Origin: an uncultured Bacteroidota bacterium
GTDB taxonomy: Bacteria; Bacteroidota; Bacteroidia; 2-12-FULL-35-15
Reading direction: 5' to 3'
NCBI GenBank assembly: GCA_903881065.1
Contig: CAIRRW010000506.1
Location: 1-34,108, forward strand
Length of the DNA stretch: 34,108 bases
In this document: positions 11,705-22,633 of the stretch, piece after piece
How the letters are laid out: every line of letters begins with the position of its first letter
Numbering within the stretch: position 1 is the stretch's first letter
Notes under the pieces: generated by a model
Database searches by the model: none
What the model was told of the DNA's origin: nothing
The model's input: the letters and a program-made list of their open reading frames with translations, nothing else
Translations under genes and position numbers: made by a program

Positions 11705-11744
11705 AGAGTTATTAATAGTGCAAAGGCTTTTGTTATATACAAGA

Positions 11745-14700
11745 ATGAAGATATATTACTTTACATATTTTTTACTGGTTATCTTCCTTTCTAGTATTGA
11801 TAAAGGTTATGCCATCGGCATAAAATCTCCGCATCTGGAGTCTGCAATTAAATTTACCGAAAATAAAAAACAATGGGATAAACAAATTCTCTATCGTGCT
11901 CAATTGGATGGTGGGGTTCTTTTCCTCGAAAAGAATTGTTTCACCTATAGTTTCTATGATAAGGAAACGCTCCGCGAAAATCATATAGGAAATTATAAAA
12001 AGGCATCAACAAAAAAGAATGCACCTATACATTCACATGCTTTCAGAATGACTTTTATTAATGCTGAGAAATCTCCAAAAGTGTCGTCAACAAAGGTAAC
12101 AACTGATTACTGCAATTATTATATAGGTAATGATGAGAAGAAGTGGGCAGGTAATGTAAAAAATTATCGTGAGGTAAATTATAAAGGTTTGTATCGTGGC
12201 ATTGATATGCAAATTGAGGGCATGGAGAACACTGTGAAATATAATTTCATAGTGGCTCCTCATGCAAATACCAACGAAATTATATTGTTATATGAAGGAC
12301 TTGAAAAAATTTATCTTGATAAAGGAGCTTTAAATTTTGTTACTTCTGTAAACCAAATGCAGGAGCAGCCGCCTGTTACGTATCAAATTATTGAAGGAAA
12401 AAAGGTAATGGTGAATTGCGAATTTGTTTTAGAAAACAATACAGTACATTTTAATTTTCCGGAAGGGTATGATAAAAATAAAGAACTGATAATAGATCCA
12501 GTGCTTGTGATGGCTTGTTCTTCCGGTTCATTTGCAGATAATTTTGGAATGACTGCTACTTATGATTCACGCGGAAATTTATATTCGGGTGGTACTTGTT
12601 TCGGACAGGGATTTCCTACTACGCTTGGAGCGTATGATACTGTATATAATGGATTGGTGCAGCAAGGAAGAACGGATGTGGTGATAACAAAATATGATTC
12701 GGCAGGTACAGCTTTAGTTTACTCTACCTACTTAGGTGGTGCTACCGGAACAGAAATAGTAACAAGTCTGGTAGTTGACTACCAAAATAATTTACTGCTA
12801 TACGGAGCCACCGGTTCGTCTGATTTTCCTACCAGTACCACTGCTTACGACCAAACATTTAATGGCGGAACTTATTTAAGTTTTGTTGCAAATGGAACTA
12901 GATTTAATGGCGGAACAGATATTTATATTGCTAAATTTAATGCGACAGGCACTTCCTTATTAGCATCTACTTATATTGGCGGTAGTGGCAATGATGGTGT
13001 AAATAATAATAACGATACACTTTATATTCCTTCGTGGGGGGTGTATGAATATCCGCTGGACTCGCTGCAATACAACTATGGCGACCAATACAGAGGAGAG
13101 ATAAATGTGGATGCTTCGGGCAACGTTTATATTGCGAGTTCAACACGGTCAGCAGATTTTCCTATTGTAAATGGTTTTGATAATTCACTAGGCGGAAAAC
13201 AGGATGCGGTGGTTTTTAAAATGAACAGTAATTTATCTCAGCTAATATGGAGTACTTATCTTGGCGGAACGGATAATGATGCAGGGTATGCTTTGGTGCT
13301 GGATGATTCGCTTAATTTATATGTAACAGGAGGGACAAGGAGCAATAATTTTCCGACTACAGCAGGAGTTTTAAAGCCTAATTACTGTGGAGGGAAAGCA
13401 GATGGATATATTACGAAGATAAAAAAGGATGGTTCGGCAATTCTGAATTCTACCTATTGGGGTACTGCCAGCTACGACCAGAGTTACTTTGTACAACTGG
13501 ATCAGAATTCAAATGTATATGTTGTTGGTCAGTCGGAGGGCGCAATGCCAATAACACCGGGTGTTTACAATAATCCAAATAGTGGACAGTTTATTACAAA
13601 AATGAACAGCACCTTGAGTACACTTGTGTTTTCAACTGTTTTCGGAAATGGAAATGGTTTGCCAACTATTTCTCCTGCTGCATTTTTAGTTGATGATTGT
13701 GGTAATATTTATATGACAGGGTGGGGTGGAAATATTATTACCGGTGCTCCTACTTATAATATGCCGCTAACGCCGAATGCTATTCAGCCAACAAATCCAG
13801 ATGGTTTTAACTTTTATTTATTTGTGCTTACTACCAATGCAGCTTCATTGAATTATGCAACTTATTTTGGAGGAGCGCAAAGTAGAGAGCACGTTGATGG
13901 TGGCACGAGCAGGTTTGATAGAAAGGGAGTAGTGTACCAATCGGTATGTGCAGGTTGTCAGGGACATGATGATTTTCCTGTGAAGCCTGGTTGCTGGCCG
14001 TATACAAGTCCAAATTATACTGCTACCACAGGAATCAATTTTGCAAGTAATTGTAATAACGGAACATTCAAATTTGATTTTCAAGTTCCACCTATTACTG
14101 CTGTTTTCAGCGCAGATAGTCTGAAAGGCTGTGCGCCATTCTCCGTTACTTTTCATAATCAAAGTACTTCATGGGGAAATTATTTATGGAACTTTGGAAA
14201 TGGCGATACTACTTCAACAATATTCAATCCAACTCATGTGTTTAATACAGCAGGTACCTATCCCGTAACTTTATTTGTAAATAACGGAACTTGTTCCTCT
14301 AAAGATACAGCTATACATACTGTGATAGTTTATCCGCCAATCACCAGTGATTTTAATTTTGTAAATCCGCCTTGCACCAATACTGTTGTTTTTAAAGATT
14401 CATCTTATGCTTCACCTGCTGTGTGGCAATGGAATTTTGGTGATGGCAGTTCTACATCAACGCTTCAAAATCCTACACATATATATGCTACATCTGGAAA
14501 TTATAATGTAACACTTATAACAGCAAATGCTTTTGGTTGCAAGGATACAACAGTAATTAATTTTGATAATCTTTCAGGAGTAAGTGTCAATCCTTCTACA
14601 AGTATATGTACGGATAACAGTACGCAGTTATCTGCATTAGGCGGAATAGCTTATCATTGGTCGCCTTCGGCAGGTTTGAGCAATACTGCTATTCCCAATC

Positions 14701-15341
14701 CTACTGCTAATCCTGCAGTAACTACCAGTTACAGTGTAAATGTAACGTATGTTACAGCGCATCATGATACTTGTTCGCAGATATTGACTACAACAGTTTC
14801 AGTGTTTACACCCAGTACTTTCCCTCTTTCGGCAACCACCAATAAAGACACTATCACTCAGGGACACTCAACAATAATACATGCTGTTACAGATACGACG
14901 CTTTCAATACAATGGAGTCCGGCTAACGGGTTGAGTAGTGCAACGTCGTTTAATCCTGTTGCATCACCTTCTGTTACCACTACTTATACTGTTACAATTA
15001 CTGATTCATCAGGTTGTCCGAAAAATGCATTTATAACAATTTATGTTATCTCCATGAAATGTAATTCCGATGACGTGTTTGTTCCTAATACGTTTACACC
15101 CAATGGTGATGGGAAGAATGATATATTATACGTAAGGAGTAATAGTGTACAGGAAATTTATTTTGCCGTTTATAATCGTTGGGGAGAAATGGTATTTGAA
15201 ACCAATGATATTCATAAAGGATGGGATGGCATTTACAAGGGAGAGTTGGCGAATACTGATGTTTATGCATGGTATGTAACTGCAAAATGTTACAATGGCG
15301 ATGAGGTGAAGAAGAAAGGAAATGTAACATTAGTTAGGTGA
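11745..15341 (+). CDS. T9SS type-B cargo surface protein: signal peptide, SBBP-like beta-propeller repeats, PKD domains, gliding-motility-associated C-terminal domain
   Basis: N-terminal FTENKKQW...LIIDPVL module; repeated YSTYLGG/ASTYIGG/WSTYLGG/YATYFGG; PKD motifs WNFGNG and WNFGDG...QNPTHIY; C-terminal FVPNTFTPNGDGKND...YNRWGE...WDG...KKGNVTLVR. ATG 11745 preferred over GTG 11718. Confidence 0.9.
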   Translation: MKIYYFTYFLLVIFLSSIDKGYAIGIKSPHLESAIKFTENKKQWDKQILYRAQLDGGVLFLEKNCFTYSFYDKETLRENHIGNYKKASTKKNAPIHSHAFRMTFINAEKSPKVSSTKVTTDYCNYYIGNDEKKWAGNVKNYREVNYKGLYRGIDMQIEGMENTVKYNFIVAPHANTNEIILLYEGLEKIYLDKGALNFVTSVNQMQEQPPVTYQIIEGKKVMVNCEFVLENNTVHFNFPEGYDKNKELIIDPVLVMACSSGSFADNFGMTATYDSRGNLYSGGTCFGQGFPTTLGAYDTVYNGLVQQGRTDVVITKYDSAGTALVYSTYLGGATGTEIVTSLVVDYQNNLLLYGATGSSDFPTSTTAYDQTFNGGTYLSFVANGTRFNGGTDIYIAKFNATGTSLLASTYIGGSGNDGVNNNNDTLYIPSWGVYEYPLDSLQYNYGDQYRGEINVDASGNVYIASSTRSADFPIVNGFDNSLGGKQDAVVFKMNSNLSQLIWSTYLGGTDNDAGYALVLDDSLNLYVTGGTRSNNFPTTAGVLKPNYCGGKADGYITKIKKDGSAILNSTYWGTASYDQSYFVQLDQNSNVYVVGQSEGAMPITPGVYNNPNSGQFITKMNSTLSTLVFSTVFGNGNGLPTISPAAFLVDDCGNIYMTGWGGNIITGAPTYNMPLTPNAIQPTNPDGFNFYLFVLTTNAASLNYATYFGGAQSREHVDGGTSRFDRKGVVYQSVCAGCQGHDDFPVKPGCWPYTSPNYTATTGINFASNCNNGTFKFDFQVPPITAVFSADSLKGCAPFSVTFHNQSTSWGNYLWNFGNGDTTSTIFNPTHVFNTAGTYPVTLFVNNGTCSSKDTAIHTVIVYPPITSDFNFVNPPCTNTVVFKDSSYASPAVWQWNFGDGSSTSTLQNPTHIYATSGNYNVTLITANAFGCKDTTVINFDNLSGVSVNPSTSICTDNSTQLSALGGIAYHWSPSAGLSNTAIPNPTANPAVTTSYSVNVTYVTAHHDTCSQILTTTVSVFTPSTFPLSATTNKDTITQGHSTIIHAVTDTTLSIQWSPANGLSSATSFNPVASPSVTTTYTVTITDSSGCPKNAFITIYVISMKCNSDDVFVPNTFTPNGDGKNDILYVRSNSVQEIYFAVYNRWGEMVFETNDIHKGWDGIYKGELANTDVYAWYVTAKCYNGDEVKKKGNVTLVR

Positions 15342-15350
15342 AATTGAAAG

Positions 15351-16385
15351 ATGAAAAGAGTAGTGATAATATTATTTATTTGTTTTTCTTCTCTTTTCTG
15401 GAGCGGAGCAGGAGGTGATTTGTCTGCACAGGATATTCATTTTTCTCAGTTTAATGCTTCTCCTCAAAATTTAAATCCTGCACAAACAGGTTTATTTAAT
15501 GGTGATTGGCGATTTGTTGGAAACATTAGAAGTCAATGGGCTGCTGTGCCTGTGCCCTACCGAACGCTTTCTGTTTCTGCAGATAATCGATTGAAAAAAG
15601 ACTTTGCGGGAGGAACCATTGCGGTGGGATTAATTGTAAATACTGATAAGTCCGGCGATTCCAAATTAAGTACAACCAATGTTTATCTCTCACTATCATA
15701 TATAAAAAAGTTGACAAAGGACTCTACACACTTTATTTCCATTGGAGTACAACCTGGCGCTACAACAAAAAATTTCAATCCTTCGGCTTTAACATTTGAT
15801 AGTCAGTATGACGGCGATAGTTTTAATCCTGCATTACCTACTGGTGAAAACTTTACAAATTATAGAATAACTTATTTTGATATTGGGGCAGGATTGGCTT
15901 ATTTATATAGAAAAAATAACAGGTTGTTTGCAAATATTGGTGTTTCGGCATTGCATCTTACTCAGCCTAAAGAATTATTTTTCGGCAGTAGCAGCAGCCA
16001 ATTGGATATTAAAACTGCCGTAAGCAGTATTGTTGAATTCCCTGTTTCGGAGAAGCTGGATGTGGTGCCAACTGTCTTATATCAACATCAAGGAACGTAT
16101 AACGAAACAGTAGCTGGAGGATTTGCAAAATATTATTTAGCCCATGAAGATGGCATGACATCAGCGATTGCCTTGGGAGGTTTCTATCGTATTAAAGATG
16201 GTTTTATTGTTGCTGCGAATATGGATTATCGGAATTTCAATATAGGAATAAGTTATGATGTGAATACTTCTAAACTTATTGCGGCAACAAATCATAGAGG
16301 AGGATTTGAAGTTTCAGTGATTTATATCTTCAGAAAAATTGTTCCTTTTGTTGCGAAAAAAAGAGTCTGTCCTATTTATATGTAG
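15351..16385 (+). CDS. PorP/SprF family type IX secretion system outer-membrane protein
   Basis: AQDIHFSQF...LNPAQTG...RSQW N-terminus, GISYDVNTSKL...GGFEVSVIY C-terminus; 9 nt downstream of a type-B CTD gene, the usual pairing. Confidence 0.9.
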   Translation: MKRVVIILFICFSSLFWSGAGGDLSAQDIHFSQFNASPQNLNPAQTGLFNGDWRFVGNIRSQWAAVPVPYRTLSVSADNRLKKDFAGGTIAVGLIVNTDKSGDSKLSTTNVYLSLSYIKKLTKDSTHFISIGVQPGATTKNFNPSALTFDSQYDGDSFNPALPTGENFTNYRITYFDIGAGLAYLYRKNNRLFANIGVSALHLTQPKELFFGSSSSQLDIKTAVSSIVEFPVSEKLDVVPTVLYQHQGTYNETVAGGFAKYYLAHEDGMTSAIALGGFYRIKDGFIVAANMDYRNFNIGISYDVNTSKLIAATNHRGGFEVSVIYIFRKIVPFVAKKRVCPIYM

Positions 16386-16462
16386 GTAACTGGTCACGAT
16401 TTAATTTAACTTATCCTCCACTTATAATTTTTATGTGGATAATTTATTTTACAGAAAATAGA

Positions 16463-18364
16463 TTATTTCCCTGCAATAGCATCCAATCCTTTTTTAGCGT
16501 CTTCTTTATTAGGATTTAACTGAAGGGAATTATTCCATGCGTTTCTTGCCTTCTGATAATCATTAATTGTGTAATAGGCACCTCCTAGATTATACCAGTA
16601 GTCAGCATTTTCAGGATCCAACTGAACGGCTTGTTCAAGAAATTTAATAGCTTCTAATGGTTCCTTACCACCTTTTTCCATTCCTCTGTTATAATAAACT
16701 GAGGCAAGCACAGCGTAATTTCGCTTTAGAAAAGGATTGCTAGGATACAGTTCATTTACCTTATCCCACTCCACACGGGCACTGTCATAGTTTTTTAATT
16801 TATAATATGCTACGCCCATATTCAAGTAGCCATTTACATATTCTTTATGAACATTTACAGCACGGTTGAAATGAACAATTGCTTTACGAATCAATTCTGT
16901 TTCCTGTGATTTATTTTCCGGCTTTTCCGACAAATCTAGATATGCTTTTCCGGCATTTCCATTAACCAGTGCACTGTTGGGTGCCGTTTCAGCATCAGCA
17001 ATAAACAGGCTTGTATCATTCTTCCACTCGGCATTCCTAGGGATTACTTTTGCCGCGCAAAATATTGTAATTAAACTAAGAACAGAGATTGTAGTTATCT
17101 TTTTTACTTGAGGAGAATTGATTTTCTCAACCAACCAATTAATGAAAATAGCAATGATTAATAAGAACCCGAATGATGAATGATAGATTAATCGTTCACC
17201 CATTGTTGCGCCAATATCCATTATTAAGTTACTTACCAAAAATAGATGAAGCAAATAAAAGGCTAGAGCGAAAGCAATAATATTTCTTCTTACAAATAAA
17301 ACAATGGTTGCTGCAATAGCTGATAGATGAAAGAGAATGGCAAACCAAACCATCGGGTTTCCGAAGTTAGTGTAGGCAATGGTACTGTACGAATAATCAC
17401 TGGAAAGCGGGTGTGGGAAAAATAATAATCGCAAATAGTGATTCAGAATTTCAATTTTGGTAGCCCACTTTTCCGGCTGAGTAGCAAACTTATATGGGTT
17501 ATTTAAAACATCAGGATTTTCCATTGTTGCTCCCTTTCCTACAATAGAAAAACGAATTATTAAATATATTGCGGCTATAAATACATATGGCAACACACCT
17601 ATAATTGCATCTTTCATTGAATCGCCTTTTGCAATATACAATAACATTGGAATAAGAATTAGTAAGGTTACTGCATATTCTTTTGAAAGTAATGCACAGA
17701 AATAAAATACTAAAGCAGCTAATAACTGTCCCGTTTTCTTCGATTCTCTATATCTAAATACTTTTATAAACGTGAGAATGATAAATAAAAAAGATAAAAT
17801 TTCGTCCCTGCTTTTTACGTTTGAAATAACTTCGGTATGTAAAGGATGTATTAAAAATAATAAGCAAGTAATAAAAGCAACTAGCGGAGTGTCTTTAAAT
17901 ATAAAGGTTTGGAGAAAATATAACAGTACAATAACAGACAATATATAATACACAACATTTAATACATGCCTGATAAAAGCGACGTCGGCAGCAGGTTTTA
18001 CTTTTTCATTACTTCCAAATAATTGCTGTTCGATTGCAAAAGTAATAACAGATAGCGGACGGTAACGGCCACCTGAAAGCTGTTGTTTTGCATTCATCGA
18101 TCTGTAAAAGCTATCATAAGCATCTGTTTTTAATATTTTCGGAATACCTTTAAACCCTTGCTGTACATAATCATTCTTTTCAATTACAATTCCATCATCT
18201 AAGGCGTATTCATTTAAAAATGAATTTCCATAAATAATAAGTCCAATAATAGCCAACACAATTACTTGAATTTTGAATTCGGGGAAGAGGTTGATTTTAT
18301 TGAGATTAGAAGAAATATTAACTTCTTTGATCTTATTCTTTTTATTTATTGCCTGTTTTCCCAT
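16463..18364 (-). CDS. TMTC-like membrane protein (GT-C fold plus C-terminal TPRs), putative protein O-glycosyl(mannosyl)transferase
   Basis: YALDD in first loop, YRPLSV, HPLHTEVISNVKSRDEIL, ALLSKE, PHPLSSDYS, MGERLIY, RNAEWKND; multiple TM helices, then TPRs. Confidence 0.8.
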   Translation of the reverse strand: MGKQAINKKNKIKEVNISSNLNKINLFPEFKIQVIVLAIIGLIIYGNSFLNEYALDDGIVIEKNDYVQQGFKGIPKILKTDAYDSFYRSMNAKQQLSGGRYRPLSVITFAIEQQLFGSNEKVKPAADVAFIRHVLNVVYYILSVIVLLYFLQTFIFKDTPLVAFITCLLFLIHPLHTEVISNVKSRDEILSFLFIILTFIKVFRYRESKKTGQLLAALVFYFCALLSKEYAVTLLILIPMLLYIAKGDSMKDAIIGVLPYVFIAAIYLIIRFSIVGKGATMENPDVLNNPYKFATQPEKWATKIEILNHYLRLLFFPHPLSSDYSYSTIAYTNFGNPMVWFAILFHLSAIAATIVLFVRRNIIAFALAFYLLHLFLVSNLIMDIGATMGERLIYHSSFGFLLIIAIFINWLVEKINSPQVKKITTISVLSLITIFCAAKVIPRNAEWKNDTSLFIADAETAPNSALVNGNAGKAYLDLSEKPENKSQETELIRKAIVHFNRAVNVHKEYVNGYLNMGVAYYKLKNYDSARVEWDKVNELYPSNPFLKRNYAVLASVYYNRGMEKGGKEPLEAIKFLEQAVQLDPENADYWYNLGGAYYTINDYQKARNAWNNSLQLNPNKEDAKKGLDAIAGK

Positions 18365-18417
18365 GTTAAGTTTGGTATAATTTATGAGGTTTTAAAAACG
18401 TCCCCAATATATTTCTT

Positions 18418-18425
18418 TACTTTTG
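18418..18425 (+). promoter_or_regulatory. -7 element TACTTTTG upstream of the sensor kinase
   Basis: TAnnTTTG match about 60 nt upstream of the TTG start, in the divergent intergenic region. Confidence 0.55.
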
Positions 18426-18486
18426 TTAAGAATGTAAAAATAAAATTCAGTTCTAAAAGTAATTAATAGTTCGCAATTATAATAAA

Positions 18487-21400
18487 TTGAAAACAATTTT
18501 TAAAAATAAAATCTATTTGATTTTTTTCGCTTTCCTGTTATTTGGGATTGCTTATTTTTTGCATCACTCTTTTGACAACAATTCCTCCACATCTGTTTCC
18601 AGATTTGAAACTACGCTGCATTTAAAAGAAAAACGGTTAAATGATGAAATGGCTTTGCTTGCAGCACAAGCAGTAACTAAAAATTACAATCAACTTTTTA
18701 CCGAAAAGCCCGCTTATTATAATGAAATGCTTGAAGAAGATGGCTTGGCATTGTTAATTTATGAGAATGATACATTAAAATTTTGGAGTGATAATTCCAT
18801 TGCGGTTGAAAACTGGATAAAGGAAGTTTGTCTGGATACAAAGATGGCAAAGCTCCATAATGGCTGGTTCGAAGTGATGCACCCAAATACTAATGCCACA
18901 ACCACTAAAACAATTGTAGGGCTAATTTTAATTAAAAATGTTTATCCATATCAGAATAAATATTTGGTAAATGAGTTCCAGAAAGATTTTGATGTTTCTA
19001 CAGAAACTAAATTGCATACAGATCGTCCTAAAAGTAATTATAGCATTAAGAATTCGAAAGGGGAATATTTATTTTCACTTGAGTTTAATCCGGCAGGTTA
19101 TTCCAATAACACATCTGTATTATCGGCATTGCTCAATGTATTAGCATGTCTTTTACTGTTGGTTTTTATGAAGGTGTCTTTCCAAGAGCTAAGTGGAAAA
19201 ATTGGGAAAAACGTATCAGTATTCCTTTTTGTGATAAGCATAGCTATACTTCGTTTTATATCAATTAAGTTTTCCTTACCTGAAAGCTTTTATTCTTTTG
19301 AAATGTTTTCTCCAAAAATATTCGCTGATGCTAATTCAATTTGGCTTTCATCACTAGGTGATTTGTTTGTAAATGTTGTTTTGCTTTTCTATTTGGTATT
19401 TTATGTTTTAAATGAGATAGATTTTAAACTAATTATCTTTCGTATAAAAGGTGCAAGCAGAGTTGTTATTTCTCTAATTCTACTTCTTCTCTTATTCTTG
19501 TTCTCTTGGATAATTACAGAACTATTTACCGGCTTAATTAAAAATTCAAACATTGTTTTCAGTATTAATAATTTATTTAGTCTCAATAGATATAGTTACA
19601 CTGGTATTGTAATCATCGGCCTTTTATTATTCGTTTATTTTTTAATAGTAGACAAAATCGTCGGAATATTAATTGATCTGAAGTTACAAATAATGCAGTA
19701 TTTAATTATTTTCCTTATTTCGTGTTGTTTTCATTTAGTCATTTCGCTTTTTCTTGGCGCATTTGATATAATGGTAGTTGGATTACCTATTATTATAATT
19801 ATATCGATTGCCATTTTAAAAAGAAAACAAACTGTTTATTCTTTTTCAGGTATTGTTTTACTTGTATTTATTTTTTCGCTGTATTCTGTTCATGTTTTTA
19901 TTAAGTATTCGGGAATCAAAGAAAATGAAGCAAGAAAGATTTATGCAGAAAAATTAGCTGCAGAACAGGACCCTGTGGCTGAGCTTTTATTTCAGGATCT
20001 AGATGATGACATTCAAAACGATGTTTTGTTGATGTCATATATTTATCGAATTGATAAACAACCTGCAAATTTTGAAAAACGAATTAAACAGCAATATTTC
20101 AGTGGTTTTTGGGATAAATATGATTTGCACATTGCTCTGTTTGATACCATGTGTCTTCCTGTTTTTAAGTCTCGAAATCCGATCTTTGACAATATCTTTT
20201 ATTTCGATGATTTAATTGAAAGAAAGGGAAAGCCTACATCTTGCGAACATTTTAATTTCATAAAAAACGAATCCGGTAAAATTAGTTATTTAGCGAAGCT
20301 GGATTTTTATAGAAACCAGCAAACGAAGCAAAAGTTTGGAACATTATATTTAGAACTTGATTCGAAATTTATTTCGGATGAAATAGGGTTTCCTGAATTA
20401 TTGCTAGATAAAAATATCGGTTTGTCAGAAGAAATATCCAACTATTCTTATGCTAAATATAAACATCATCAACTTATTAATCAGTACGGAAAACTCACCT
20501 ATGGTTTAACAAGTAAAAATTTTGATGAGAAAAAAAGTAAAAATGAATTTCAGTTTGTAAATTATGAAGACTACAATCATCTTTTGTTTCAGCCAAATCC
20601 GGAAACATTGATTGTATTGAGTAAGCGCACCGAAGGTTTTATAGGGCATGTAACCACATTCTCCTATCTGTTTGCTTTTTTTAGCTTGTTGTTGTTGTTA
20701 GTTTTATTTCTTCGGCAACTTTCATTAGGAGTTTTATTTGAGAATATTTCTTTTAAATATCGAATACAAGCGGTGTTGGTATTAATTGTTTTAATCTCCC
20801 TTGCATTGTTTGGCGGAGGTACCATTTATTATATTAAACAACAGTTCGAAACACAAAATCAGGAAAGCATAAGTGAAAAAATTCATTCTGTTTTAATTGA
20901 CGTTGAAAGTAAATTGGCTGCTGAAGATAATCTGAATAAAAGTCTTACTGATTATGTTTCGTTTATTTTAAAGAAATCTTCGACCGTTTTTTTTACTGAT
21001 ATAAGTTTATACGATGCAAAGGGAAATCTTTATGCATCATCTCGTTCGCAAGTATTTGATGAGGGATTAACTTCAAAGAAAATGAATCCGGAAGCATTTC
21101 TTCAAATTGCTGTTTTAGGGAAAACAGAATTTGTGCATGAGGAACGAATTGGTAAATTAAATTATGTTTCAGCTTATATTCCATTCAAAAATAAAGATGG
21201 AAAATTGCTTGCTTATCTTAATCTGCCTTACTTCGCGAAGCAAAGCAAACTTGAAAAAGAGATTTCTGAATTTCTTGTAGCATTGATAAATATTTATGTT
21301 CTGCTGTTTGCATTATCTATTATTACGGCCATTTTAATTTCTAATTATATTACAAAACCACTTAAGTTAATTCAGGATAAATTAAGTAAAATTAAACTTG

Positions 21401-22194
21401 GCAAAACAAATGAACCTATTGAATGGAGGGAAAAAGATGAGATTGGAAATCTGGTGAGTGAATATAACAGAATGATTGCCGAGTTGGCAAATAGTGCTGA
21501 TTTACTTGCGCGGTCGGAACGTGAAAGTGCATGGCGGGAAATGGCGAAACAAGTGGCGCATGAAATTAAAAATCCATTAACACCGATGAAATTAAGTGTT
21601 CAGCATTTACAGCGTACTTGGAACGACCATGCACCGGACATGAATGAAAAGATGGAACGTTTGACAAAGATTATTATTGAGCAAATTGATACGCTTTCTA
21701 CCATTGCTACTGAGTTTTCCAACTTTGCAAAGATGCCGAAGTCAAATCATGAGAAAATAAATGTGAAAGAGTTGCTACTAAATTGTATTGGGTTATATAA
21801 TGGAATGCAACATATTCACTTCAATTTTTCGTGCGCTGAAAATGAATTGTATTATGTAAATGCGGATAAAGAACAGTTGCTGCGGGTGTTTAATAATCTT
21901 ATAAAAAATGCGATGCAGGCAATCCCTGAACAGCAACAGGGAATTATTAACGTAGCGATAAATATAGAAAACCAACAGATTATTATAAGTATCGCTGATA
22001 ATGGAACTGGAGTGGATGCAGCGCTGACAGATAAAATATTTTCACCGAACTTTACTACAAAAACAGGCGGTATGGGACTTGGTTTGGCGATTGTGAAAAG
22101 CATCCTCGAAGATATTAATGGGGAAATAGGGTTTACCACTAAAAAGGGAGAAGGAAGTGTGTTTTATATCACCTTGCCATGTTTTAAAGGTTGA
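18487..22194 (+). CDS. Large multi-pass membrane sensor histidine kinase (HAMP, HisKA, HATPase; NtrY-like kinase core)
   Basis: H-box AWREMAKQVAHEIKNPLTP, N-box FNNLIKNAMQA, DNGTG, FTTK, GMGLGL; HAMP ITKPL...DEIGNLVSEYNRM; many hydrophobic segments. Confidence 0.93.
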   Translation: MKTIFKNKIYLIFFAFLLFGIAYFLHHSFDNNSSTSVSRFETTLHLKEKRLNDEMALLAAQAVTKNYNQLFTEKPAYYNEMLEEDGLALLIYENDTLKFWSDNSIAVENWIKEVCLDTKMAKLHNGWFEVMHPNTNATTTKTIVGLILIKNVYPYQNKYLVNEFQKDFDVSTETKLHTDRPKSNYSIKNSKGEYLFSLEFNPAGYSNNTSVLSALLNVLACLLLLVFMKVSFQELSGKIGKNVSVFLFVISIAILRFISIKFSLPESFYSFEMFSPKIFADANSIWLSSLGDLFVNVVLLFYLVFYVLNEIDFKLIIFRIKGASRVVISLILLLLLFLFSWIITELFTGLIKNSNIVFSINNLFSLNRYSYTGIVIIGLLLFVYFLIVDKIVGILIDLKLQIMQYLIIFLISCCFHLVISLFLGAFDIMVVGLPIIIIISIAILKRKQTVYSFSGIVLLVFIFSLYSVHVFIKYSGIKENEARKIYAEKLAAEQDPVAELLFQDLDDDIQNDVLLMSYIYRIDKQPANFEKRIKQQYFSGFWDKYDLHIALFDTMCLPVFKSRNPIFDNIFYFDDLIERKGKPTSCEHFNFIKNESGKISYLAKLDFYRNQQTKQKFGTLYLELDSKFISDEIGFPELLLDKNIGLSEEISNYSYAKYKHHQLINQYGKLTYGLTSKNFDEKKSKNEFQFVNYEDYNHLLFQPNPETLIVLSKRTEGFIGHVTTFSYLFAFFSLLLLLVLFLRQLSLGVLFENISFKYRIQAVLVLIVLISLALFGGGTIYYIKQQFETQNQESISEKIHSVLIDVESKLAAEDNLNKSLTDYVSFILKKSSTVFFTDISLYDAKGNLYASSRSQVFDEGLTSKKMNPEAFLQIAVLGKTEFVHEERIGKLNYVSAYIPFKNKDGKLLAYLNLPYFAKQSKLEKEISEFLVALINIYVLLFALSIITAILISNYITKPLKLIQDKLSKIKLGKTNEPIEWREKDEIGNLVSEYNRMIAELANSADLLARSERESAWREMAKQVAHEIKNPLTPMKLSVQHLQRTWNDHAPDMNEKMERLTKIIIEQIDTLSTIATEFSNFAKMPKSNHEKINVKELLLNCIGLYNGMQHIHFNFSCAENELYYVNADKEQLLRVFNNLIKNAMQAIPEQQQGIINVAINIENQQIIISIADNGTGVDAALTDKIFSPNFTTKTGGMGLGLAIVKSILEDINGEIGFTTKKGEGSVFYITLPCFKG

Positions 22195-22302
22195 TTTCTT
22201 TCAAGACGGAATCAATTTTTATACCTTCTTCAACCTCATAATTGCCTTATTACTATAAGGATATAAGTTAATTAGTCAGTTTAGTATTTGTTTTCCTTGA
22301 TA

Positions 22303-22512
22303 AAAAACTAAGTTCCTTTATTTTATTCGGGGACTCCTTTATTTTAAAAAGGAGTTCCTGTATTTTAAAAGGGAGTTCCTGTATTTAAAACAGGAGCTCC
22401 TGTTTTTAAAAGGGAGTTCCTGTTTTTTATAAGGGAGTTCCTGTTTCTAATAATTGGCTTCCTTTATTTAAAAAGGGAACTCCTGTTTTTTTTAAAGGAA
22501 CTCCTTTATTTT
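22303..22512. repeat. AT-rich 21-bp tandem array of about 10 self-complementary units
   Basis: TCCT anchors at 22314, 22335, 22356, 22377, 22398, 22418, 22439, 22460, 22481 and 22502; consensus near AAAAGGGAGTTCCTGTWTTTT; one unit contains the perfect palindrome aaaacaggagctcctgtttt. Confidence 0.9.
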
Positions 22513-22633
22513 TACTTTGAAAAGGTAAAATGAAGAAATAGCCTAAACTATTTCTAATTCCTGTTGTTTTTGAAAGTAGTTTTTTGGTTGAATATCTTAC
22601 TAGTTATATATTAAATGGTCAAGCGCCGAACAA

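Noticed and set aside
18487-22194. Sensor kinase as the cognate partner of the LytTR regulator
   Set aside because: They are 10 kb apart, and the kinase is HisKA/NtrY-like whereas LytTR regulators usually pair with LytS-type kinases.
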